A DNA stretch of 64,000 bases from an uncultured Pseudomonadota bacterium (GTDB lineage Bacteria > Pseudomonadota > Alphaproteobacteria > JACZXZ01). The notes below the pieces were generated by a model, which worked only from the letters and a program-made list of their open reading frames with translations, had not been told where the DNA came from and ran no database searches. This document shows positions 22,093 to 33,187 of this stretch, one piece after another. The stretch lies in contig CAVVLJ010000017.1 of NCBI GenBank assembly GCA_963749075.1, positions 992,001-1,056,000 of the forward strand, read 5' to 3'. The stretch's first letter is position 1. Every line of letters starts with the position of its first letter. The translations under genes were made by a program, and so were the position numbers.

Positions 22093-22799
22093 CGCCAGGC
22101 GCTCCCGCGCCGGTGCACGAGGATCATCGAGAAATAGGGCACCGCGGCCGGGTCCACCTCGGCGAGCGGCAGGATGCGCTCGTTCGGCAGGCTCGCGCGC
22201 TCGATGTAGCGCGCGCGGTCGGCGAGACCGAGGCGCTCGAGCACGCCGCGCACCTTGGCGAAGTGGCGGCCGAGCTTGATGACCGCCGCGGCGTCCGCAG
22301 CCTCGAGCCGGCGCTCGAGCTCGGCCTCGGAGAGCAGCGCCGGAACGACGCTGAGCACGTCCTCGCGCGCGGCAAGCGGCGAGCCGAGGCTTGCCGCGGA
22401 GGCGACGAGCGAGCTCACGCCGGGCACCACGGTCACGGGAAAGCGCCCGGCGAGCCGCGCGAAGAGATACATGAAGGTGCCGTAGAAGAAGGGATCGCCT
22501 TCGCAGAGACAGGCGACGCTGCGGCCGGCCGAGAGCTCGGCGGCGATCTCCTCCGCCCCGCGGTCGTAGGCCGCCTCGATCTCCGGGCGCCCGGCGGTCA
22601 TGGGAATGGCGACGACGATCTCGCGCTTGGCGGGCGAGATGTGGGAGGCCACGACGGCGCGCGCGAAACTCTTGCCGCCGGCGGGCGCCGGATATGCCAC
22701 GACCGGTGCCTTGAGCAGGATGCTCAGCGCCTTGAGCGTGAGGAGCTCCGGATCGCCCGGACCCACGCCGAGGCCGTAGAGCATGGCGGGCTTGCTCAC
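22089..22799 (-). CDS. cobI: Precorrin-2 C20-methyltransferase
   Basis: [40 protein letters not shown]. Confidence 0.93.
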   Translation of the reverse strand: MSKPAMLYGLGVGPGDPELLTLKALSILLKAPVVAYPAPAGGKSFARAVVASHISPAKREIVVAIPMTAGRPEIEAAYDRGAEEIAAELSAGRSVACLCEGDPFFYGTFMYLFARLAGRFPVTVVPGVSSLVASAASLGSPLAAREDVLSVVPALLSEAELERRLEAADAAAVIKLGRHFAKVRGVLERLGLADRARYIERASLPNERILPLAEVDPAAVPYFSMILVHRRGSAWR

Positions 22800-23659
22800 G
22801 GCTTGACCGCGGCGAGCTGCAGCACGGAATGCGGAGCCGGGCCGCCATCTCCGATGGCGACGTGGGCGAGCCGGCCGCGGTTGCCTGCCCGCCAGTCGCG
22901 CATCTGCCTCTCGGCCGCGGGCGTGACACCATAGGCGACGAGACGTCCGCCCGGTGCCAACGCCTGCCAGCAGCGCTCGAGGAGGCCGGGCTCGCCGAGG
23001 CCGCCTTCAATCAGCACGGCACCCGGTGCCGCGAGCCCCAGGAGCGCCTCGGGCGCCCGCCCGGCTGCGATCTCGAGCCGCGGCGTGCCGAGCGCGGCAG
23101 CGTTGTCGGCGATGCATTTGAGCTGCGCGTCGTCAGGCTCGATCGCAATGGCGCGGCAGCTCGCATGGCAGCGCAGCCACTCGATCGCCAGCGCGCCGCA
23201 GCCCGCACCTATGTCCCACAGGAACTCATTCGGTGCCGGGGCCAATGCGGCGAGCGTGAGCGCGCGCAGCTCGCGGCTCGGGAGCCGGCCGCTGTGACGG
23301 AACGCCTCGTCGGGGAGTCCGGGCAGGCGCGGCCGGAGGAGCGCATTGCCGCCCGCCACGCACTCGATCGCGAGGGTTCCGGGTGCGGTGCCGTCGTCCG
23401 CCGGCCAATCATCGGCGCTCACGGAGGTGACGGGATCGCCCGCGCCGGCCCCTTTGGCGAAGAGCGCGAGCCGGCTCCGGCCATAGCCGCGCGCGCGAAG
23501 GAAGGCGGCGACGGCCGGAGGCGTTTCGGCGCCCGCGCCGAGCAGGAGGAGCCGCACGCCGGGCTCGAGATAGGCTTCGAGGAGCTCAAGCGGCCGGCCG
23601 CCCAGCGCCAAGGCCGCGACCTCGCGAGATGTCCAGCCGAGCCGGCTCAAGACGCTCAT
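22796..23659 (-). CDS. cobL: N-terminally truncated, divergent CobL (partial CbiE + CbiT) precorrin-6Y methyltransferase
   Basis: Begins at the normally internal RLGW..GRP segment; [26 protein letters not shown] motif, GGRLV; only 287 aa. Confidence 0.75.
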   Translation of the reverse strand: MSVLSRLGWTSREVAALALGGRPLELLEAYLEPGVRLLLLGAGAETPPAVAAFLRARGYGRSRLALFAKGAGAGDPVTSVSADDWPADDGTAPGTLAIECVAGGNALLRPRLPGLPDEAFRHSGRLPSRELRALTLAALAPAPNEFLWDIGAGCGALAIEWLRCHASCRAIAIEPDDAQLKCIADNAAALGTPRLEIAAGRAPEALLGLAAPGAVLIEGGLGEPGLLERCWQALAPGGRLVAYGVTPAAERQMRDWRAGNRGRLAHVAIGDGGPAPHSVLQLAAVKP

Positions 23660-23660
23660 C

Positions 23661-25166
23661 TCAAGCCTCCGCCGCAGGCACGAAGGGTGCCGGCTCGAAA
23701 GCACCGGCGCGCGCGGCGGCGAGCAGCCGGTAGAGATCCAGATGGCGCTCGAGATGGGCCGCCAGGCGATCGAGCACGTCCTCCACCATGCTCCCGTAGC
23801 CAAGGCCGCTCGGCGCCCGGCTCCTGAGCCGGCTAAGGAACGCGTGGCGGAACTCGTCGCCGGCGAAGAGGCCGTGGAGGTAGCAGCCCTGCACGCGGCC
23901 GTCGGCCGAGACGGCACCGTCCGGGCCGTGGTCGAGCCGCAGCATCGGGCGTGCCGCGGCCGGACCCGCCGTGCGCCCCATATGCATCTCGTAGCCGTGC
24001 ACGCTGGTCCCGCTCGCCAGCTCATGACCCGCAGCCTCGACGAGGCGCTTCTCGCCGCCGAGCATGGTCTCGAGCGCGAGGAGGCCGAGGCCCGCGGCTT
24101 CGCCGGGAGCGCCCTCGATCCCCTCCGGGTCGGCAACGCGCTCACCCAGCATCTGGTAGCCGCCGCAGAGGCCGAGGATGGCGCCGCCGCGGCGGAAATG
24201 AGCGAGGAGATCGATGTCCCAGCCTTCATTCCGCAGGAAGGCGAGATCGGCGAGCGTCGCCTTCGAGCCCGGCAGGATGACGAGGTGGAGATCGCCGGGG
24301 ATGGCCTCGCCCGCGCGCACCAGGCGCAAATCCACGTCGGGCTCCGCCGCGAGCGCGTCGAACTCGTCGAAGTTGGCGATGCGCGGATAGGCGAGCACGG
24401 CGATGCGGATGGCACCATTGCCGCGGCCCTCGTAGTGCCGGAGTGCCAGCGAATCCTCGGCCGGCAGCAGCCGCGCATCCGCGAACCACGGCACCACGCC
24501 ATATGCCGCGAGCCCGGTGCGCGCCACGATCTCGGCAAGACCGCCCGCGAAAAGGCCCGAGTCGCCGCGGAACTTGTTGACGATGAAGCCTGCGAGCAGC
24601 CGCCGCTCCGCCTCGTCGAGGAGCGCGTGGGTGCCGACGAGCTGGGCGATGACCCCGCCGCGCTCGATGTCGCCCACGAGCACGACGGGGACCTGGGCGG
24701 CCAGCGCGAATCCCATGTTGGCGATGTCGCCTTCGCGCAGGTTGACCTCGGCGGCACTGCCGGCACCCTCGACGAGCACGAGATCGGCGCCGCGCGCGAG
24801 ACGCCGGAAGCTCGCCAGCACCTCGGGCAGCAGGCTCCGCCGCAGCTTCTGATACTCGCGCGCCGTCGCATTGCCGTGGACGCGGCCCTGCACGATCACC
24901 TGGGCGCCGCTCTCGCCCTGGGGCTTGAGCAGCACCGGGTTCATGTCGACGGTAGGCGGCAGGCGCGCGGCCAACGCTTGGAGCGCCTGGGCGCGGCCGA
25001 TCTCGCCGCCGTCGCTCGCGACCGCGGCGTTGTTCGACATGTTCTGCGGCTTGAAGGGGCGCACGGCAAGGCCGCGCCCGGCAAAGGCGCGGCAGAGGCC
25101 GGCCACCAGCAGCGACTTCCCCACGTCGGAGCCGGTGCCTTGGAGCATGAGTGCGGCCGTGGCCAT
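23661..25166 (-). CDS. cobQ: Cobyric acid synthase
   Basis: [54 protein letters not shown]. Confidence 0.96.
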   Translation of the reverse strand: MATAALMLQGTGSDVGKSLLVAGLCRAFAGRGLAVRPFKPQNMSNNAAVASDGGEIGRAQALQALAARLPPTVDMNPVLLKPQGESGAQVIVQGRVHGNATAREYQKLRRSLLPEVLASFRRLARGADLVLVEGAGSAAEVNLREGDIANMGFALAAQVPVVLVGDIERGGVIAQLVGTHALLDEAERRLLAGFIVNKFRGDSGLFAGGLAEIVARTGLAAYGVVPWFADARLLPAEDSLALRHYEGRGNGAIRIAVLAYPRIANFDEFDALAAEPDVDLRLVRAGEAIPGDLHLVILPGSKATLADLAFLRNEGWDIDLLAHFRRGGAILGLCGGYQMLGERVADPEGIEGAPGEAAGLGLLALETMLGGEKRLVEAAGHELASGTSVHGYEMHMGRTAGPAAARPMLRLDHGPDGAVSADGRVQGCYLHGLFAGDEFRHAFLSRLRSRAPSGLGYGSMVEDVLDRLAAHLERHLDLYRLLAAARAGAFEPAPFVPAAEA

Positions 25167-25819
25167 CAGAACTCGATGCCCTTCTGCGCTTTGATACCTG
25201 CCTGGAAGGGATGCTTCACCATCGTCATCTCGGTCACCAGATCGGCGATGGCGAGGAGCTCGGGCTTGGCGTTGCGGCCGGTCGCGACGACGTGGAGTGC
25301 TGCGGGCCGGCCCGCGAGGAAGGCCGTCACCTCCGCGAGCGGCAGATAGTCGTAGCGCAGCACGATGTTGAGCTCGTCGAGCACCACGAGGTCGTAACGC
25401 GGCGGCGCTGCGCGCGCCGCCTCGACCATCGCCTTGGCCGCCTCCCAGGCGGCCCGCGCGGCGCGGATGTCGCGCGCGCGGTCCTGGGTCTCCCAGGTGA
25501 AGCCCTCGCCCATGGTGCGGATGTCGACGAGCCCGGGGAAGCGCTCGAGGGCGTGACGCTCGCCTGTCTCCCACTTCCCCTTGACGAACTGCACGATGCC
25601 GACGCGCATGCCGTGGCCGAGGGCGCGCAACGCGAGACCGAAGGCGGCCGTCGACTTGCCCTTGCCCTTGCCGGTATGGACGATGAGGAGGCCCTTCTCG
25701 AGGGTCTTGCCGGCGAGGATGCGCGCGCGCACCTCCTTGCGCCTGCGCGCCTTCTCGTTGGCGCGGGCGTTGATCTCCTCCTCGGTCAAGTCCGGCTCGC
25801 TCATGGGAGGCTCGCTCAC
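25166..25819 (-). CDS. cobO: Cob(I)yrinate diamide adenosyltransferase
   Basis: [43 protein letters not shown]; start GTG 25819 or ATG 25804. Confidence 0.95.
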   Translation of the reverse strand: MSEPPMSEPDLTEEEINARANEKARRRKEVRARILAGKTLEKGLLIVHTGKGKGKSTAAFGLALRALGHGMRVGIVQFVKGKWETGERHALERFPGLVDIRTMGEGFTWETQDRARDIRAARAAWEAAKAMVEAARAAPPRYDLVVLDELNIVLRYDYLPLAEVTAFLAGRPAALHVVATGRNAKPELLAIADLVTEMTMVKHPFQAGIKAQKGIEF

Positions 25820-28800
25820 GGCACGCCCGCCCGCTCGCGACCGGCGAGGGCGGCGAGCTCGGGGTAGGCCGAGTTCGAGCGCGGCCGCCACAGGCCGCGC
25901 GCCTGCGCCTCGACGAGGCGTCCGGCGATCTCGCGCGCCGCCGCTGGATTGTTCTCGAGGAGGAATTCGCGCACCCGTGCGTCCGCGAGATAGGCCTCGT
26001 AGACGGCATCGAAATGATGATCGCCCACCACGCCCGCGGTCGCCGCGAAGGCGAAGAGGTAATCGACGGTCGCCGCCATCTCGGCCGCACCCTTGTAACC
26101 GTGGCGCATCACGCCCGCGAGCCACTTGGGGTTGACCACGCGGGCGCGCACCACGCGCGCGAGCTCCTCGCCGAGGCTGCGCACCTGCGGCCGCTCCGGC
26201 CGCGAGTGGTCGTTGTGATAGAGCGCCGGCGCATGGCCCGAGAGGTGGCGTGCGGTGAGCGCCAGGCCGCCCTCGAACTGGTAATAGTCGTCGGAATCGA
26301 GGAGGTCGTGCTCGCGGTTGTCCTGGTTCTGCACCACCGCGTCGATGGCGGCGACGCGGCGCTCGAAGAGGCGGTGCTCGGCGCGGCCCTCGGCTCCGCC
26401 GCCATAGGCGTAGCCACCCCAGGCGAGATAGGCGCGCGCGAGATCGCCCTCCTCCTCCCAGCCGCTCTCGTCGATGAGGGCCTGGAGCCCGGCGCCATAG
26501 GCGCCCGGCGGCGAGCCGAAGACGCGGTGGCCGGCGCGGCGCAGCGCCGTTTCCGCGTCGACGCCTTCTGCGACGAGCGTGCGCGCATCGCCCGCCGCGC
26601 GCGCGGCAAGCGGGTTCTGCTCCTCGGGCTCGTCGAGTGCGGCTACCGCGCGCACGGCGGAATCGACGAGATCGATCTGCGCCGGAAAGGCGTCGCGGAA
26701 GAAGCCCGAGATGCGCAGCGTCACGTCGACGCGCGGCCGGTCGAGGAGCGAGAGCGGCAGCACCTCGAAGCCGGTGACACGGCGCGAGGCGCTGTCCCAG
26801 CTCGGCCGCACCCCCATGAGCGCCAGCGCCTGCGCCACGTCGTCGCCGCCGGTGCGCATGTTCGAGGTGCCCCAGGCGGAGAGCACAATCGCCTTGGGCC
26901 AGGCGCCGTGCTCCTGGCGATAGCGCTCGAGGAGCAAGTCGGCCGATTTCCAGCCGAGCTGCCAGGCGGCGGGCGTCGGCACCGTGCGGCTGTCGAGGGA
27001 ATAGAAGTTGCGCCCGGTGGGGAGCACGTCCAAGCGCCCGCGCGTCGGCGCCCCCGACGGTCCCGGCTCGACGAAGCGGCCGTCGAGCCCGGCGAGCACG
27101 CCCGCGATCTCGGCGGCGCCGCTCGCGGCGAGCGCCGGGCGGATGCGCCGCTCGATCTCCTCGAGCACGGCAGCACTGCGCCGCCAGACGGGCTCCGCCG
27201 CCAGCGCTCCCGTGACGAGCGACTTCGCGAGGCGCTCGAGCCGCTCGACCGTGTCGCCGTTGCTGCGCCACGGCGAAGGTCCGTCGAGCGCTTGCGGCCG
27301 GGCGCCCTGCCACGGCTCGCCGAGGGCGCAGTCGAGGGGATCGAAGCCGCTCATGAGGCCGAGATCGGCGGCGAGTGCGCGCAGGAGCGAGGCGTCGCCG
27401 CCCTCGCCGCGGCCGCGCGGCAGGCGGACGAGCGCCACCAGGAGGTCCGCGAGCTGCTCGCCCGCGGGGCTGCGGCCCAAGACGTGGAGGCCGTCGCGGA
27501 TCTGCAGCTCCTTGATCTCGCAGAGATAGTTGTCGAGCTTGGCAAGTGCCGCCGTCTCCCCCTCGCCCGCCGCGATGCCGCAGTCGCGATCGAGGCCGAT
27601 GCGCTCGGCGAGCTCGATGATGGCTCGGCCGAGATGGCCCAGGCGGCGCGGATCGACGCCGGACGCCTCGTAATACTCGTCGACGAGCTGCTCGAGCTCG
27701 GCGAGCGGACCATAAGACTCGGCGCGCGTGAGCGGCGGCGTGAGGTGGTCGACGATGACCGCCTGGGCGCGGCGCTTGGCCTGGCTGCCCTCGCCCGGAT
27801 CGTTGACGATGAAGGGATAGAGGTGGGGCATCGGACCGAGGGCCGCCTCGGGGAAGCATTCGGCCGAGAGCGCCAGCGCCTTCCCCGGCAGCCATTCGAG
27901 GGTGCCGTGCTTGCCGACGTGGACGACCGCGTGGACGTCCCACGCCTCCCTGAGCCAGGCGTAGAAGGCGAGATAGCCGTGCGGCGGCACCAGCGCCGCG
28001 TCGTGGTGGCTGCGCAAGGGATCGATGCCGTAGCCGCGCGCCGGCTGCACGGCGACGACGAGATTGCCGCATGCGAGTGCCGCGAAGCGGAAGGCATCGC
28101 CTGAGACCAGGGGATCGCGCTCGGGCTCGCCCCAGCGCTCGGAAACCGAGCGCCTCACCGGCTCGGGGAGCCCGGCGAGCCAGCCGCGGTAGGCCGCGAG
28201 CGGATAGCGCAGGCCCCGCCCGTTGCCGCGGCGGGCGAGGAGCGCCTCGATCAGGCCGTTGCCGTCCCGCGGCAGCTCGTCTGTCCGGTAGCCGGCGGCG
28301 GCGAGGGCGGCCACGAGATCGACGGTGCTGGCGGGCGTGTCGAGGCCGACGCCGTTGCCGAGCCGGCCGTCGCGGTTGGGGTAATTGGCGAGCACGAGGG
28401 CCACGCGCCGCTCGGGAGGCGGCGTCGTCCTGAGGCGCACCCAGGCGGCCGCGAGATCGGCCACGAAAGCCACGCGGTCGGCGCGCGGCGCATGCACCAC
28501 GACCGGGCATTCGGTGGCGGCGTCGAACTGCCGCTCGCCCTTGAAGGAGACCGCGCGCGCGAGGATGCGGCCGTCGATCTCGGGAAGGGCCACGTTCATG
28601 GCAAGGTCGCGCGCCGAGAGGCCGCGCGTGCCGCGGCGCCATGCGGCCTCGCTCGTGCCGGCGAGCACGGTCTGCAGCACCGGGCAATCGGCGCCGTCGA
28701 ACGGTGTCGCCGCACGGCCGGCACCCGGGCTCGAGACCGCGAAGCCCGTGGCGTTGAGGATGACGCCCGGCTTCACCTCGGCGAGGAGCTCGGCGATGAG

Positions 28801-29544
28801 GGCCGCCGACAGCGGATCCTTGAGGCTCGCCACGTGGATGGGGAGCGCATTGAGCCCGCGCGCGGCGAGGGCGGCGATGAGCGCGTCGATGGGGGCGAGG
28901 TCGGCGGCCTGGATGAGGGCGCGGTAGAAGACGAGGGCGGCGGCGGGCGCCCGCGGCAGCCACCCGGCCCGCACCTCCGCGAGCGTCGCCTCCGTATTGC
29001 CGGGCCAATAGAGCCCGGCGCGCAAGAGCGGCGCCGGCTCGCGCCACGGCTGCTCGTAGCCGAGGAGACTGGCCGCATAGGCGAGCATGTTGCGGGCATT
29101 CGTCTGACCGCCCTCGAGCGCGTAGCGCCACAAGCGGCGGCAGGCGGCGGGCGGGAGCGTGGAGAGGCCGGCAAGCTCGGCGTCCGGCTGGTCGTCGCCG
29201 GGGAGGAGCGCCAGCATCGCCCCCGCCTCGCGCGCGGCGGCCGAGAGGCGCTCGACGCCGTAGGGCCAGTAGCCGGCGCCGCCCAGAAGCCGCACGACGA
29301 CGAGGCGCGCGTGGCGCACCACGCTCTCGACGTAGAGATCGACGGAGAGGTTGTGGCTGAGCTGCTTCAGGTTGGCGAGGCGCAGCGTGGGCCGCGGCTC
29401 GGCAAGCTCGCCGTAGGCGGCGGCGAGGGCGGCAAGCTCGGTGTCGGCGGCCGAGAGCAGGGCGAGCTCGCCCGGCGTCTGGCCGAGATCGACCGCCTGG
29501 GAGCCGTCGAGGATGCCGCCCGGCACCGCTGCGAGGAGATGCAT
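25816..29544 (-). CDS. cobN: Cobaltochelatase large subunit
   Basis: [68 protein letters not shown]. Confidence 0.96.
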   Translation of the reverse strand: MHLLAAVPGGILDGSQAVDLGQTPGELALLSAADTELAALAAAYGELAEPRPTLRLANLKQLSHNLSVDLYVESVVRHARLVVVRLLGGAGYWPYGVERLSAAAREAGAMLALLPGDDQPDAELAGLSTLPPAACRRLWRYALEGGQTNARNMLAYAASLLGYEQPWREPAPLLRAGLYWPGNTEATLAEVRAGWLPRAPAAALVFYRALIQAADLAPIDALIAALAARGLNALPIHVASLKDPLSAALIAELLAEVKPGVILNATGFAVSSPGAGRAATPFDGADCPVLQTVLAGTSEAAWRRGTRGLSARDLAMNVALPEIDGRILARAVSFKGERQFDAATECPVVVHAPRADRVAFVADLAAAWVRLRTTPPPERRVALVLANYPNRDGRLGNGVGLDTPASTVDLVAALAAAGYRTDELPRDGNGLIEALLARRGNGRGLRYPLAAYRGWLAGLPEPVRRSVSERWGEPERDPLVSGDAFRFAALACGNLVVAVQPARGYGIDPLRSHHDAALVPPHGYLAFYAWLREAWDVHAVVHVGKHGTLEWLPGKALALSAECFPEAALGPMPHLYPFIVNDPGEGSQAKRRAQAVIVDHLTPPLTRAESYGPLAELEQLVDEYYEASGVDPRRLGHLGRAIIELAERIGLDRDCGIAAGEGETAALAKLDNYLCEIKELQIRDGLHVLGRSPAGEQLADLLVALVRLPRGRGEGGDASLLRALAADLGLMSGFDPLDCALGEPWQGARPQALDGPSPWRSNGDTVERLERLAKSLVTGALAAEPVWRRSAAVLEEIERRIRPALAASGAAEIAGVLAGLDGRFVEPGPSGAPTRGRLDVLPTGRNFYSLDSRTVPTPAAWQLGWKSADLLLERYRQEHGAWPKAIVLSAWGTSNMRTGGDDVAQALALMGVRPSWDSASRRVTGFEVLPLSLLDRPRVDVTLRISGFFRDAFPAQIDLVDSAVRAVAALDEPEEQNPLAARAAGDARTLVAEGVDAETALRRAGHRVFGSPPGAYGAGLQALIDESGWEEEGDLARAYLAWGGYAYGGGAEGRAEHRLFERRVAAIDAVVQNQDNREHDLLDSDDYYQFEGGLALTARHLSGHAPALYHNDHSRPERPQVRSLGEELARVVRARVVNPKWLAGVMRHGYKGAAEMAATVDYLFAFAATAGVVGDHHFDAVYEAYLADARVREFLLENNPAAAREIAGRLVEAQARGLWRPRSNSAYPELAALAGRERAGVP

Positions 29545-29582
29545 GGCGCGCGGTTCCTATATGTGGCGTGCCGAACGGATTT

Positions 29583-29693
29583 CCTCATCCTTCGAGACGG
29601 GCCTAGGGCCCTCCTCAGGATGAGGAAATCCACCAAACGTGGAGGCCGCCTCACCCTGAGGAGCGCGCAAAGCGCGCGTCTCGAAGGGCGAGG
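29583..29693. repeat. Structured palindromic repeat, copy 3 (between cobW and cobN)
   Basis: CCTCATCCTTCGAGACG..CCTCAGGATGAGG..CCTCACCCTGAGGAG..CGTCTCGAAGGGCGAGG. Confidence 0.85.
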
Positions 29694-29723
29694 CGGCCAT
29701 AGGCACGGTCAAAGCCATCTCGC

Positions 29724-30758
29724 TCACCCCGCGAGCGCCGCGCGGATGGCGGCGGCATCGAGGCCCTTGAGCCCGATCACCACGAGCCGGCCGCGGCGCT
29801 CCTCGCCGGCGCGCCAGTCGCGGTCGTAGTAATGCTGCACGCGCGCGCCCACGCCCTGCACGACGAGGCGCATGGGCTTGCCCACGACCGCGGCGAAGCC
29901 CTTGACGCGGAGGATGTCGTGCTCTGCGATGAGAGGCACCAGCCGCCCGACGAGCTCGGCAGGGCTCACGAGCTCGGCGAGCGGCAGCGAGAGGCTCGCG
30001 AACTCGTCGTGGTCGTGCTCCGCCGCGTTGTCGTGGTGCGAGCGGCGGCGCTCGATGTCGTGCTCGCTCGCGACGCCGAGGCCGAGAAGGACCTCGGCAT
30101 CGACAGCCCCGTGGCGCGTGGGGAGGAGCTTGGCCGCGGGACGCAGCTCCTTCCGCACGTCCGCCGTCACGCGCGCGAGGGCGCCGTCGGAGAGCAGATC
30201 CGCCTTGTTGAGGAGGACCAAGTCGGCTGAGGCGAGCTGGTCCTCGAAGAGCTCCTCGAGCGGGCTCTCGTGATCGAGATTGCCGTCGGCCGCGCGCTGG
30301 GCGGCGAGTGCTGCTAAGTCGCTCGCGAAGCGCCCCGCAAGCACGGCCGGCCCGTCCACCACCGCGACGACGCCGTCCACGGTGACCCGCGTGCGGATGT
30401 CGGGCCAGTTGAAGGCCTGGACGAGCGGCTTGGGGAGCGCCAGTCCCGAGGTCTCGATGACGATATGGTCGGGCGGCTCGGGGCGCGCGAGCAGCGCCTG
30501 CATGGTCGGCAGGAACTCGTCCGCCACCGTGCAGCAGATGCAGCCGTTGGCGAGCTCGATGATGCTCTCCTCGCCGCACAGCGCGTCGCCGCAGCCCTTG
30601 AGGATCTCGCCGTCGATGCCGATGTCGCCGAACTCGTTGATGACGAGGGCCAAGCGCTTGCCGTTGGCGGTGCGCAGGAGATGGCGGATGAGCGTCGTCT
30701 TGCCGGCGCCGAGGAAGCCGGTGACGATGGTGACGGGCAGCTTGGCGAGACTCGTCAT
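29724..30758 (-). CDS. cobW: Cobalamin biosynthesis GTPase/metallochaperone
   Basis: TGFLGAGKTT, NEFG, NGCICCT, ETSGLALPKPL, LDHESPLEELFEDQL, NKAD. Confidence 0.95.
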   Translation of the reverse strand: MTSLAKLPVTIVTGFLGAGKTTLIRHLLRTANGKRLALVINEFGDIGIDGEILKGCGDALCGEESIIELANGCICCTVADEFLPTMQALLARPEPPDHIVIETSGLALPKPLVQAFNWPDIRTRVTVDGVVAVVDGPAVLAGRFASDLAALAAQRAADGNLDHESPLEELFEDQLASADLVLLNKADLLSDGALARVTADVRKELRPAAKLLPTRHGAVDAEVLLGLGVASEHDIERRRSHHDNAAEHDHDEFASLSLPLAELVSPAELVGRLVPLIAEHDILRVKGFAAVVGKPMRLVVQGVGARVQHYYDRDWRAGEERRGRLVVIGLKGLDAAAIRAALAG

Positions 30759-31309
30759 GCGGGCGATCCGGGCCGTTGCGGGGACTTGAGGTGGATGGGG
30801 AGGCCGGCCGCCATGAAGGCGACGGCGTCGGCCGCGGCGGCGAGGCTCGCATGCAGGCGGCCGGCGCAGTCGCGGAAGCGGCGGGCGAGCGCGTTCTCCG
30901 GCACGATGCCGAGCCCCACCTCGTTCGAGACGAAGACGACGGGTCCGCGGAGGTGCCGCAGGGCCGCCACGAGCGCCGCCGTCTCGGCCGCGGCGTCGCG
31001 CCCGGCGCCGAGGAGATTGGCGAGCCAGAGGGTCAGGCAATCGACGAGCACCGCGGCGTCCGCGGCGGCACTGGCGGCGAGTGCCGGCGTGAGCTCGAGC
31101 GGCACCTCGACCGTGCGCCAGCCGGTGCCGCGCCGCGCCCGGTGGCGGCGGATGCGCTCGGCCATCTCGGCATCGCCTGCCTCGGCGGTCGCGAGATAGA
31201 CGCGCGCGCCCGCCGCCCGCTCGCAGAGCCCTTCGGCGTAGCGGCTCTTGCCCGAGGCAGCGCCGCCGAGCACGAGTGTTACCGGCGGCAGTGCGCCCGC
31301 CCCGCTCAT
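30755..31309 (-). CDS. cobU: Adenosylcobinamide kinase / guanylyltransferase (CobP in P. denitrificans naming)
   Basis: GGAASGKSRYAE, EMAERIRRH, DCLTLWL, VSNEVGLGIVP, RRFRD. Confidence 0.94.
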   Translation of the reverse strand: MSGAGALPPVTLVLGGAASGKSRYAEGLCERAAGARVYLATAEAGDAEMAERIRRHRARRGTGWRTVEVPLELTPALAASAAADAAVLVDCLTLWLANLLGAGRDAAAETAALVAALRHLRGPVVFVSNEVGLGIVPENALARRFRDCAGRLHASLAAAADAVAFMAAGLPIHLKSPQRPGSPA

Positions 31310-31476
31310 CCGCTCCGATCCGATAACCTGATGCCGCAACGCATGGGCTCCCACCCGGGCCGCAAGAGCTCGCCTGACGTCCGCAGCGGTGCTGCCGGCG
31401 CGGGCACGGGTGAGACGGAGGAGAAGACGCTCCCGCTCACCGGTGCACCCCGACCGGGTCGCTTCGCATTGGACGC

Positions 31477-31658
31477 GCGATGGCAGGTCTCCTGGCTCGC
31501 GGCTTGGCGCCTTTGGCACCCGCCTTCCCGGTTTCCCAGTGGCGCTCGCGGTGCCGGCACGCCGCTTACAGTTGCGGGGGCAGCCGCGGCCTTGGCTCGG
31601 GGGACACCCCTCCGCCGCACCGCGTTCCCTCTTATCCCCGACGGACGGGGACCATCGC
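31477..31658 (-). ncRNA. Cobalamin (AdoCbl) riboswitch
   Basis: P1 GCGAUGG/CCAUCGC; AAGAGGGAA, GCCCCCGCAACUGUAA, GCCACUG..GGGAAGG, B12 box AGCCAGGAGACCUGCC; upstream of cobU-W-N-O-Q. Confidence 0.95.
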
Positions 31659-31842
31659 TCTGGGCATAGTGGCCGGGCGGGCGCGGGCGCGTCAAGGAGA
31701 TTGCGGTCAACGCGCGCGTCTCAGGCGGGCCGGAGGCGCGTGTGCGATGGACCGGACAAGCGGCTCATGCTAAGTTGTAGAGACGACATTCTGTGCTACC
31801 AAAGACGGCCGCGCAGCGCGGCCGATACAATGGGGGCATGCG

Positions 31843-32466
31843 ATGCTCAATCTATTGAAAGTTGCGTCGGCGTTGCGTGCGCGAGCCAGCCTCGCGAAAT
31901 CGGGCCTGCAGATTAAGATGTCCGGATGGCACATGGTCGACAGCGACGATGCCAGCGTCGGCGTCGGCGTCGGGAAGTTCTTCGACATCGATGCCGCCGC
32001 ATGCCTCATGACGATGGCCAATACCCAAACCGGGCAGGCGGTGCAAGTCCTCGGCGGGGGCGGCGAGCTAGACGTTGGCGTCGGACTCTCCCTACCCGTG
32101 ACGTTCTCCACGGACAACGTCGCCGGTAAGAAGCTGCCCGGCGGCATGCTCGGCCAGTTCATTTGCGGCCCGGCTGCCGGCCAATACCAGAACCCTTCGG
32201 TATTCCAGGGCGTCGCAACCTTGATCGGCATTGAAGGCGCTGCTGTCATTAGCGGCGGCGCGTCCATCCTCATATTTGCGGACCGGCACGTCGTCATCGG
32301 GCCCGGCCTCCTCGTAGACGCAATCGGCCTCCTCAGCATTCGCCTGATCGGGCTCGTCTACGGGCTCGATCTGACCGATGCGATCGGCATTGACGTGAGC
32401 AACGTATGGTATTCGACGAAGGTCAGGCTCCTCAACGCATGCTTAGTCGATGCGGGGCCCGGGTGA
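31843..32466 (+). CDS. Hypothetical Gly-rich protein
   Basis: 207-aa ORF filling the gap, more AT-rich than flanks; no recognised motif. Confidence 0.55.
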   Translation: MLNLLKVASALRARASLAKSGLQIKMSGWHMVDSDDASVGVGVGKFFDIDAAACLMTMANTQTGQAVQVLGGGGELDVGVGLSLPVTFSTDNVAGKKLPGGMLGQFICGPAAGQYQNPSVFQGVATLIGIEGAAVISGGASILIFADRHVVIGPGLLVDAIGLLSIRLIGLVYGLDLTDAIGIDVSNVWYSTKVRLLNACLVDAGPG

Positions 32467-32592
32467 CCTTGGCGATATGGCCGCGGGTTGATCGCGCGCC
32501 TCAAGCCCCTGACCCGAAAACCGAGCGGCGCGAGCATCCGCGGCCGGCGCCGCCGACAGTCGCCGTCGAGCGTTCGGATCGGCTCCGGCCGG

Positions 32593-33174
32593 CTACCTCA
32601 CCGCGCGCTCCGGCCCGAGAAGGGCGGCGCGGAAGCGTTGGGTGAGGAAGCGGCCGTCCCGCTCGGGCAGCACCATGGGCTCGGGCTCGCCCGAGATCTT
32701 GGCGACGGCCAAGACGGGACCGGGGGTGCGGTAGAGGAGCTCGGCGAGAGCACCCGTGTCGTTGGCATTCGCCACCTCAAGCGTCGCGGCGAAGCCGGCT
32801 GCCTTGGCGACGGCGGCGAGCGGGATGCCGCGGCCGGTGAGACCGGGCTGGCGGCCGGTCTCGCCGAAGGCCTCGTTGTCGAGCACGAGGAGTGCGAGAT
32901 TGCGCGGGCGCTCGGCCGCGATGACCGCGAGCGAGCCTAGCCCCATGAGGAGCTCGCCGTCGCCCGTGATGACGAGGACGCGGCGGAGCGGCTGCGCGAG
33001 TGCCAGGCCGAGGCCGATCATGGCGGCACTCCCCATGGCACCCCAGAGATAGAAGGAGAGCGCATGGTCGCCGGCCGCCGCGGCGTCGTAGGTGGCGGAG
33101 CCCAGGCCCGTGACGAGGAGCGCCTCGCCGCGCTCGGCAAGGAGATCGGCCACCAGTGCGCGTCGGTTGAGCAT
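32593..33174 (-). CDS. ThDP-dependent decarboxylase beta subunit (ComE / phosphonopyruvate decarboxylase-like)
   Basis: GAMGSA..GLGLALA, GDGELLM..LDN ThDP-binding motif. Confidence 0.85.
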   Translation of the reverse strand: MLNRRALVADLLAERGEALLVTGLGSATYDAAAAGDHALSFYLWGAMGSAAMIGLGLALAQPLRRVLVITGDGELLMGLGSLAVIAAERPRNLALLVLDNEAFGETGRQPGLTGRGIPLAAVAKAAGFAATLEVANANDTGALAELLYRTPGPVLAVAKISGEPEPMVLPERDGRFLTQRFRAALLGPERAVR

Positions 33175-33187
33175 GGCGCGCCTCTCC

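Noticed and set aside
25166-29131. Very long alternative-frame ORFs (1321 aa here; also 12765-15854, 37986-40934, 42301-44802, 45960-49049)
   Set aside because: They are Arg/Ala/Pro-rich shadow frames caused by high GC. Only their 3' parts are real genes (cobO, the membrane protein, the caspase, the SGNH protein) or they are antisense to real genes.
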